NCBI GenBank assembly: GCA_028695135.1
Contig: JAQVJM010000004.1
Span: forward strand, 1,696 to 65,695
Source: Candidatus Moraniibacteriota bacterium
Lineage (GTDB): Bacteria; Patescibacteriota; Minisyncoccia; Moranbacterales; UBA9337
Reading direction: 5' to 3'
Length of the DNA stretch: 64,000 nucleotides
The translations under genes and the position numbers were made by a program. The notes under the pieces were generated by a model. That model did no database searches and was not told the origin of the DNA. It saw only the letters and a list, made by a program, of their open reading frames with translations. Positions 56,013-64,000 of the stretch are shown here, piece after piece (the stretch's first letter is position 1; each line of letters opens with the position of its first letter).

Positions 56013-56279
56013 ATGTTTAGAGAAAATTTGAAATCAGAGGATTTTAAAAAAAAGGAAGAAAAGAAGCAAATTAACAGCCAGTGGTCTGTTTTTTCTTTGG
56101 CAATGGAGTTGGGCTATTTAATTGCTATTCCTTTGGTTGCGACGGCGTTGCTAGGAAGATTTTTGGACAAAAAATTCGATTCTTCACCCTTGTTTTTATT
56201 GGCTGGAGTTTGCATAGCGATTATCTTGACAACATACTTAGTTTACAAAAAAACCATTTCGGTTCTTAACGACGAATAA
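56013..56279 (+). CDS. ATP synthase protein I-like small membrane protein (AtpI/AtpZ-like)
   Basis: 88 aa, two TM helices, located immediately upstream of atpB. Confidence 0.5.
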   Translation: MFRENLKSEDFKKKEEKKQINSQWSVFSLAMELGYLIAIPLVATALLGRFLDKKFDSSPLFLLAGVCIAIILTTYLVYKKTISVLNDE

Positions 56280-56289
56280 CGGAATAAAG

Positions 56290-57066
56290 TTGGGCAATTA
56301 CAATCAAATGGAAATTTCACTGGTTCCAGAATTAATAACTAATTTTGCAGGTTTCCCCGTCACAAACTCTGTTTTGGTGACTGCCATAGTGAGTATTTTG
56401 ATTATCTCAATTTCGCTTTTTATCAAAAAAAATATTTCAATGATACCTAAGGGCTTTCAGAATATAATCGAATATGTTCTGGAGGCTCTTTTAAATTTAG
56501 TCGATAGCGTTACTGGAGACAAAAATCAGACAAAAAAAATTTTTCCTCTTGTGGCTACCATATTTATTTTTGTAATTATTTCAAATTGGATCGGACTGAT
56601 TCCGGCTCTTATACCGGGAGGAACAATAGGCGTCAATCAGATCCATAACGGAGAAAGAATCCTGGTGCCTTTCATAAGGAGCGATAGCGCCGATCTTAAT
56701 ATGACTCTCGCCCTGGCTCTCATTGCCGTAGCTAGCGCTCAATTTATGGGAGCTACAGTGTTGGGCATAAAAAAATATGCCGGAAAATTTTTAGTCAGTC
56801 CTCTCAAAAAGCCCTATTTCATAGGAACATTTGTGGGGATTTTGGAGATTATATCTGAATTTGCCAAGATAATCTCATTTTCTTTTCGTCTTTTCGGAAA
56901 TGTTTTTGCGGGAGAAGTCCTTTTGACGGTTATGTTAATGCTCGTTCCGTATATACTCCCGTTGCCTTTCATATTTCTGGAGATTTTTGTGGGATTTATC
57001 CAAGCGCTTGTTTTTGCTATGCTTACTCTGGTTTTCATGAAGATGGCGACGGAAGAAGCGCATTAG
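56290..57066 (+). CDS. atpB: F0F1 ATP synthase subunit a
   Basis: conserved FRLFGNVFAGEVLL (essential Arg) and PLPFIFLEIFVGFIQALVFAMLT. Confidence 0.9.
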   Translation: MGNYNQMEISLVPELITNFAGFPVTNSVLVTAIVSILIISISLFIKKNISMIPKGFQNIIEYVLEALLNLVDSVTGDKNQTKKIFPLVATIFIFVIISNWIGLIPALIPGGTIGVNQIHNGERILVPFIRSDSADLNMTLALALIAVASAQFMGATVLGIKKYAGKFLVSPLKKPYFIGTFVGILEIISEFAKIISFSFRLFGNVFAGEVLLTVMLMLVPYILPLPFIFLEIFVGFIQALVFAMLTLVFMKMATEEAH

Positions 57067-57140
57067 GATTGATCATTAACCATTGATCATTAATCAATGT
57101 CGAATGTCTAATGATTAATGCTCAATGTTTAATATTTAAT
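57067..57140. repeat. atp-operon spacer motif cluster (TGATCATTAA x2, CATTAATCAATG, CTAATGATTAATG, GCTCAATGTTTAAT)
   Basis: atpB-atpE spacer; palindromic ATTAATCATT-type units seen in sequence. Confidence 0.7.
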
Positions 57141-57205
57141 TAAATTAAGTTACAGTTGGCTAATTCACATTTCCTGTGGATTAGAAACTGTCAACCAAAA
57201 ACTAA

Positions 57206-57478
<273 letters not shown>

Positions 57479-57514
57479 ATTTTTTCAGCTTACGGCTTGA
57501 CGACCGGATACAGT

Positions 57515-57605
57515 TAATGATTCTGATTAATAAAATTAATCATTAATCATTAACCATTGATCATTATCATTTTTCGCTTAGTGCTCAATGTTTAATGTTT
57601 AATAA
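57515..57605. repeat. atp-operon spacer motif cluster (AATTAATCATTAATCATTAACCATTGATCATTA; GTGCTCAATGTTTAATGTTTAAT)
   Basis: atpE-atpF spacer. Confidence 0.7.
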
Positions 57606-57611
57606 AAAACA

Positions 57612-58100
57612 ATGGAATTACTAGAAAATTTAGGGATAAATGGAAAAATATTATTGGCTCAGGTGGTGAACTTCTTCATTTTATTCTGGATCCTAAAAAA
57701 ATTTGCCTATAAGCCCGTTTTAAATTTACTGGAGGAAAGAAGCAAAAAAATTGAAAAAGGACTTAAAGATGCGGAGGTTGCCCGGAAGAAACTTGAAGAA
57801 ACCGAAATTGAAAGTAAAAAAATATTGTCTGATGCCAGAAAACATTCTCGAGAAATAATAAAAGAAGCTGAAATTCGGGCGGAAACCAGCAAAAGGGAAA
57901 TCGCCGAAGAGACAAAGCATAAAGTCGATAAGATGATTTCTGATGCGAAGAAAAAGATAGAAGAAGAGAAGGACAAGATGGTGGTGGAAGTCAAAAATGA
58001 GGTTGCCGACCTAGTGTCTCTGGCTACGGAAAAAGTGCTGGAAAAAAAAGCGGATAGCGAGGATGATAAAAAAATTATTAAAAAAGTTATTGAAAATTAA
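57612..58100 (+). CDS. atpF: F0F1 ATP synthase subunit b
   Basis: single N-terminal TM then a long charged helix; position in the operon. Confidence 0.85.
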   Translation: MELLENLGINGKILLAQVVNFFILFWILKKFAYKPVLNLLEERSKKIEKGLKDAEVARKKLEETEIESKKILSDARKHSREIIKEAEIRAETSKREIAEETKHKVDKMISDAKKKIEEEKDKMVVEVKNEVADLVSLATEKVLEKKADSEDDKKIIKKVIEN

Positions 58101-58144
58101 GCATTAAACATTAATCGTTGAGAATATCGATTAATGATCAATGA
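58101..58144. repeat. atp-operon spacer motif (GCATTAAACATTAATCGTTGAG = reverse complement of CTCAACGATTAATGTTTAATGC; CGATTAATGATCAATGATTGA)
   Basis: atpF-atpH spacer. Confidence 0.7.
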
Positions 58145-58567
58145 TTGATAAATAATGTCATGCGCATCAGCGCCAAGCAATATTCCAAAGCTCTGTATGA
58201 TCTCACTAAGGGCAAGGATGAAAAGGAATTAGATTCCATTGTTTTTAATTTTGCAAGCGAGCTGAGAAGAAGGAGAAAGCTCAATTTATCGGATGATATA
58301 ATGAAGATTTTTTCTGAAATTTATAACAAGGAGAACAGAATTATGGAAGCGGAAATCGTGAGCGCCAGGGAAATCGGCAATGAACAAATGATTGGAATAA
58401 AAAACTTCCTGAAGAACAAATATGGCGCCGATAAAGTCATATTGGATCCAAAAATGGATAAAAATATAAAAGGAGGGATAATAATCAGAATGGGAGAGGA
58501 TATAATTGACGGAAGTATTTTAAAAAAAATGAAGAAGCTTAATAATTTATTAAAAAATAATGTTTAA
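58145..58567 (+). CDS. atpH: F0F1 ATP synthase subunit delta (OSCP), short form
   Basis: operon position between b and alpha; C-terminal GGIIIRMGEDIIDGSI delta signature. Confidence 0.75.
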   Translation: MINNVMRISAKQYSKALYDLTKGKDEKELDSIVFNFASELRRRRKLNLSDDIMKIFSEIYNKENRIMEAEIVSAREIGNEQMIGIKNFLKNKYGADKVILDPKMDKNIKGGIIIRMGEDIIDGSILKKMKKLNNLLKNNV

Positions 58568-58633
58568 ATTTATATGTCGATAGCCGGCGACTGCCCGCCT
58601 ATCGGCGGCAGCCGGTTGCTTAAAATTAAAATT

Positions 58634-60130
58634 ATGAATAAAGATTATATCGTTGAAAAATTAAAAAAGCAGATTGAAAGTTTTAAAGGAGAAATCAGAA
58701 CGGAGAAAATAGGAAGGGTGATAGAGGTGGGAGATGGCGTAGCCAGAATCGAAGGCCTTAGTGAAGCTATGGCTTCGGAGATGATTGAATTTTCAAATGG
58801 AACCATGGGAGTGGCTCTCAATCTGGAGGAAGATCAGGCGGGTGCTATTATTCTGGGAGGATCCAAAGGAATCAAGGAGGGAGATGAGGTAAGGTCTGCG
58901 GGAAAAATCCTTTCTGTTCCTGTGACTGAAAAAATTATCGGAAGAGTCATAAATCCTTTGGGGCAAGCTATAGATGGAAAAGAGGAAATCAAGTCAGAAA
59001 AATATTATCCTATTGAAAAGATCGCTCCGGGAGTTATCGAACGGAGGTCGGTCCACCAGCCGGTTCAGACCGGAATCAAGGCTATTGATTCAATGATACC
59101 CATCGGAAGAGGACAAAGAGAGTTGATAATAGGAGACAGGCAGACCGGAAAAACCGCTATCGCGATTGACGCGATAATCAATCAGGCCGGACAGGATATG
59201 ATTTGTATTTATGTGGCGATTGGCCAGAAAGAATCCAGAGTGGCGAGAATCGTGGCCGAATTGGAAAAAAGAGGCGCTATGGAATATACGACTGTAATTG
59301 TTGCTGGCGCTTCCGATCCGGCGGCATTTTCTTTTATCGCTCCTTATTCTGGAGTCGCAATCGGGGAATATTTCATGGATCAGGGAAAAGATGTTTTAAT
59401 CGTTTATGATGATCTTAGTAAGCATGCTTGGGCATATCGCCAGATTTCTTTGATTTTAAAACGTCCGCCGGGACGCGAGGCTTATCCGGGAGACGTTTTT
59501 TATTTACACTCAAGGCTTTTGGAGAGAAGCGCCAAATTGAACGAAGATCATGGAGGAGGATCGATAACTGCGCTTCCGATTATTGAAACACAAGCCGGAG
59601 ATGTTTCCGCCTATATCCCGACCAATGTAATTTCCATAACAGACGGGCAAATCTTTTTGGAAACCGACCTGTTCAATAAAGGGATGAAACCGGCGATTAA
59701 CGCGGGGCTCAGCGTTTCGCGGGTTGGATCCTCAGCCCAAATAAAAGCTATGAAAAAAGTGGCTGGAAAGATAAGGCTGGATCTGGCGCAGTTCCGCGAG
59801 CTAGAAGCTTTCGCTCAATTTGGTTCGGATCTTGATCAAGACACAAGAAGGCAGATAGAAAGAGGTAAGAGAACCGTGGAAATATTGAAACAGGATCAAT
59901 ATGCGCCCATTAGAGTTGAGAATCAGGTAGCTATATTATACGCTCTTGTGAACGGTTTTATGGATGACGTAGAAGTTGAAAAAATATCAGAATGGGAAGA
60001 AAATTTCCATAAATATATGAAAGCCCAGAGGAAGGATTTATTAGGGCTGATAGCTGAGGAGGGCGATCTTTCGGAAGAGATGGCAAAAGAGTTAGAAGAA
60101 GCGATAAAAGATTACAAGAAGACATTGTAA
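58634..60130 (+). CDS. atpA: F0F1 ATP synthase subunit alpha
   Basis: Walker [16 protein letters not shown], alpha C-terminal domain; start at ATG 58634 (the track ORF begins 58574 and includes an upstream GC hairpin). Confidence 0.9.
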   Translation: MNKDYIVEKLKKQIESFKGEIRTEKIGRVIEVGDGVARIEGLSEAMASEMIEFSNGTMGVALNLEEDQAGAIILGGSKGIKEGDEVRSAGKILSVPVTEKIIGRVINPLGQAIDGKEEIKSEKYYPIEKIAPGVIERRSVHQPVQTGIKAIDSMIPIGRGQRELIIGDRQTGKTAIAIDAIINQAGQDMICIYVAIGQKESRVARIVAELEKRGAMEYTTVIVAGASDPAAFSFIAPYSGVAIGEYFMDQGKDVLIVYDDLSKHAWAYRQISLILKRPPGREAYPGDVFYLHSRLLERSAKLNEDHGGGSITALPIIETQAGDVSAYIPTNVISITDGQIFLETDLFNKGMKPAINAGLSVSRVGSSAQIKAMKKVAGKIRLDLAQFRELEAFAQFGSDLDQDTRRQIERGKRTVEILKQDQYAPIRVENQVAILYALVNGFMDDVEVEKISEWEENFHKYMKAQRKDLLGLIAEEGDLSEEMAKELEEAIKDYKKTL

Positions 60131-60226
60131 ATTAATTATTAAACATCAAACATTAATCATTGAGCATTAAATACCCATATTTTTATATCAATAATGATTG
60201 ATGATGAACAATGAATAGTTAACGAA
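60131..60226. repeat. atp-operon spacer motif cluster (AACATTAATCATTGAGCATTAAAT; CAATAATGATTGATGATGAACAATGAAT)
   Basis: atpA-atpG spacer. Confidence 0.7.
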
Positions 60227-61183
60227 ATGAGCAATGGCAAGGAGATCCGGAGGAGGATCAAGTCGATAAATAACACAGGAAAAATAACTCGGGCAATGGA
60301 GATGGTTTCGGCTGCCAAAATGAGAAAAGCTACCGAAAGCGTCTTAAAGATCAGGGCTTATGCCCATAGCGCTTGGAGCGTCCTTACCAATCTTGCTCGG
60401 GCTTTTGAAAATTATGACCACGGCCTCTTGGAAGTCAGAGAAGTCAAGAGCGTGCTGATAATAGCAGTTACATCCAATAGGGGGCTTTGCGGGTCATTTA
60501 ACGCGCAAATTATAAAAAAAATAAAAGAAGAAATCGGGAATCCTCAGAGCCTGAAAATAAATAGAATCGGGATGAAAAAGATCGAATCGACTGTTGCCGA
60601 TAAAGATTTGAAAATTGATTTTATAACAGTCGGAAGAAAAGGAGAAAATTTGGTGAGAAAACTCGGTAAAGAAATCATAGCCGCTTTCCCCGAACTTACC
60701 TATTTGCCCGGAATTGAAAACGTGAGGCCTTTGTCAAAGATAGTGATTGACGAATACTTGAATAAGAGGTATGACAAGGTGGTGATAGCTTATACGGACT
60801 ATATTTCCACTATGAGGCAGGAGCCTAAAATAAGGCAAGTTCTTCCGGTTTCCAAGATCGATTTAGAAAAACAAATTGCCGAGATGGATAATCTGGCCAA
60901 GGAATATGGATTGAAAAAACCAAAAATGGAGTACAAGGTGGAACCTAACCCGAAAGAAGTTCTGACCCATATTTTTCCGAGGTTGATCGAGATGCAGATT
61001 TATCACGCTATTTTGGAATCCAATGCCTCCAAGGAGTCATCCAGGATGCTAGCTATGAGAAACGCAACTGACGCGGCCAATGAAATGAGCGAGGATCTGA
61101 CATTAGCATACAATCAGATAAGGCAGATGAAGATCACCCAGGAGATCGCTGAGATAAGTGCAGGAAGAGCGGCGCTGGAGTAG
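60227..61183 (+). CDS. atpG: F0F1 ATP synthase subunit gamma
   Basis: N-terminal IRRRIKSINNTGKITRAMEMVSAAKMRKA and C-terminal coiled-coil ITQEIAEISAGRAAL. Confidence 0.9.
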   Translation: MSNGKEIRRRIKSINNTGKITRAMEMVSAAKMRKATESVLKIRAYAHSAWSVLTNLARAFENYDHGLLEVREVKSVLIIAVTSNRGLCGSFNAQIIKKIKEEIGNPQSLKINRIGMKKIESTVADKDLKIDFITVGRKGENLVRKLGKEIIAAFPELTYLPGIENVRPLSKIVIDEYLNKRYDKVVIAYTDYISTMRQEPKIRQVLPVSKIDLEKQIAEMDNLAKEYGLKKPKMEYKVEPNPKEVLTHIFPRLIEMQIYHAILESNASKESSRMLAMRNATDAANEMSEDLTLAYNQIRQMKITQEIAEISAGRAALE

Positions 61184-61208
61184 GATTAAGAATTATGAAT
61201 TAAGAATT

Positions 61209-61790
61209 ATGAATGTGGAATTCGAAGCGACATTTAAAAATATCAGCAAAGATGAATTTAGAGATAAGCTAAGAGATTTAGGCGCTGAAATGGTTAAGGA
61301 AGAATTTTTGCAGAAAAGAAGCACATTCAATGTGCCAAGAGGTTGCAAGATTAATGAAAGCTGGCTAAGGGTTAGAGACGAAGTAGATAAGATAACTTTG
61401 ACATTCAAATCAGGCGGAAAGCAATCCGCCATAGAAGATCAAAAAGAGATAGAGCTTAAGGTTGATAATTATGAAGAAGCTAAAAAATTTTTGGAAGTGC
61501 TGGGTTGCAGAAAGAAATCTTATCAGGAGACAAAGAGAGAAATCTGGAAATTGGATGAAGTAGAAGTTATGATTGACGAATGGCCTTTTCTTGAACCTTT
61601 TGCGGAGATCGAAGGCAAAAATGAGGAAGAAGTAAAGAAAGCCAGCGAGAAATTGGGATTTGATTATAATGATGCAGTTTTTGGTCCGGTTAGCATACTA
61701 TATTCCGAAAAATACGGAGTGACTGAGAAATTTGTAAATAATGAAGTCAAAGAAATTTTGTTTAATGGCGATAATCCATTTATAAGATAA
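61209..61790 (+). CDS. CYTH-domain protein (class IV adenylyl cyclase / triphosphate tunnel metalloenzyme family) inserted in the atp operon
   Basis: EFEATFK N-terminal beta-strand with conserved Glu pair, ESWLRVRD, ITLTFK, EIELKV, EVMIDEWPFLEPFAEIEG; start taken at the second ATG of a 14-nt tandem duplication. Confidence 0.7.
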   Translation: MNVEFEATFKNISKDEFRDKLRDLGAEMVKEEFLQKRSTFNVPRGCKINESWLRVRDEVDKITLTFKSGGKQSAIEDQKEIELKVDNYEEAKKFLEVLGCRKKSYQETKREIWKLDEVEVMIDEWPFLEPFAEIEGKNEEEVKKASEKLGFDYNDAVFGPVSILYSEKYGVTEKFVNNEVKEILFNGDNPFIR

Positions 61791-61885
61791 CCCACGAAAC
61801 TACAAATCCCATACAAATCTACAAATATATAAAAATAAATTTCTCATTTGTAGCTTTGCAGCAGAGTTGTAAATTCGCAGTTAAT
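61788..61885 (+). repeat. copy D of the triple-TACAAAT intergenic repeat family (AACCCACGAAACTACAAATCCCATACAAATCTACAAAT...TTTGCAG...TTGTAAATTCGCAG)
   Basis: co-linear with copy C (28755-28850) over ~95 nt; lies between the CYTH gene and atpD. Confidence 0.7.
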
Positions 61886-61906
61886 AAAATAATTTAAAAA
61901 ACTTAA

Positions 61907-63367
<1,461 letters not shown>

Positions 63368-63458
63368 TTCATCATTTATCATTAAATATTAATCAATCAT
63401 TATGATATGGCTTAATTGTACCCGATGTTTAATGATTAATAATCAATGATTAATTAAA
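63368..63458. repeat. atp-operon spacer motif cluster (ATTAATCAATCATT; CCCGATGTTTAATGATTAATAATCAATGATTAATT)
   Basis: atpD-atpC spacer. Confidence 0.7.
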
Positions 63459-63887
63459 ATGGATAACATTAAATTAAAAATAATAACTCCCGAGAGAATC
63501 ACCTATGAAAGCGATGGCATAAATCAGGCTACTCTTCCGGTTTCGGACGGGGAAGTTACGATTTTGCCGAATCATAGATCGTATATCGCTTCGCTAAAGC
63601 CTGGAGAAGTCATATTGAAAAAAGACGGAGAAGAGATTGATCTGGCCATCTCGGGAGGTTTTATCGAATTTCACGATAATGAGCTTGTGGTTCTGGCGGA
63701 TGAAGCGGAAAGAGCCGAGGAGATTGATTTGGAAAAAGCCGAAGAGGCCAAGAAAAGAGCCGAAGACATCAAGAACAAAGTTATTTCTACAGATGAGGCC
63801 GAATATGCCAGAGTGGCAGCGGCGCTGGAAAAGGAATTGGCCAAGATAAAAGTGGCCAAAAAATATCTGAGAAGAAGAGGGTTATAA
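63459..63887 (+). CDS. atpC: F0F1 ATP synthase subunit epsilon
   Basis: N-terminal beta-sandwich (KLKIITPER...LPNH) and C-terminal helical hairpin. Confidence 0.85.
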   Translation: MDNIKLKIITPERITYESDGINQATLPVSDGEVTILPNHRSYIASLKPGEVILKKDGEEIDLAISGGFIEFHDNELVVLADEAERAEEIDLEKAEEAKKRAEDIKNKVISTDEAEYARVAAALEKELAKIKVAKKYLRRRGL

Positions 63888-64000
63888 TTTTTTATAAAAT
63901 TTAAGATCGTTAACAATTAAACTAAAAAAAATGGAAAGGGAAAATTCAATGGAAACTGAAAAAAACATCGAAGCGATTGCTGAAAGCAATTTTTCTACAT

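Noticed and set aside
63932-64000. Partial ORF at the 3' edge (MERENSMETEKNIEAIAESNFST...)
   Set aside because: Only 23 codons are visible and there are no recognisable motifs, so it is not reported as a feature.

Overview
The window is AT-rich, gene-dense bacterial DNA made up mostly of housekeeping genes. From the start: murE (3' part), a LemA/HtpX/cold-shock neighbourhood with tRNA-Glu, rsmA, typA, a phosphohexomutase, an ADP-forming acetyl-CoA synthetase, recJ, a 1220-aa surface protein, ftsW/rodA and rplY. Then uppS, the infA-rpmJ-rpsK-rpsM-rpsD-rpoA-rplQ cluster, rplM-rpsI, lysS, obg, rdgB, prfA-prmC, a ZIP transporter and prfB with its programmed +1 frameshift. The last third holds a GT2 glycosyltransferase, galT, yjbQ, pcm, a CIRCE element in front of dnaJ, yraN, metG, a Nudix hydrolase, tatD, and a complete F1Fo ATP synthase operon (atpI-like, B, E, F, H, A, G, D, C) with a CYTH-domain gene between atpG and atpD. 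Gene content (ADP-forming ACS, small ribosomal proteins, many signal-peptide proteins, no biosynthetic operons) suggests a reduced Patescibacteria/CPR-like genome that uses the standard code, since UGA is read as stop at the prfB frameshift site; this lineage call is inference. The most unusual signal is several short repeat families that sit inside genes in frame. (1) AT-rich AAATTCCAAA/GAAATTCGAAA decamer arrays are read through in frame in murE and in a toxin-like ORF, and related units form terminal inverted repeats around a four-helix-bundle (23S-IVS-type) gene and a cargo-less element between infA and rpmJ. (2) A GC-rich CCCCTCTCC...GGAGAGGGG palindrome family is inserted in frame in the acetyl-CoA synthetase and in tatD and also occurs as intergenic terminators. 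(3) Heptamer microsatellites lie inside prmC and in the typA leader. (4) A ~95-nt triple-TACAAAT intergenic element occurs four times, flanking an atypical lytic-transglycosylase gene and abutting the CYTH insertion in the atp operon. (5) An ATTAATCATT / GCTCAATGTTTAATG palindromic motif is present in every intercistronic spacer of the atp operon. Two small SD-coupled bicistrons that look like toxin-antitoxin pairs and several unannotated small zinc-ribbon or basic proteins are also noted.
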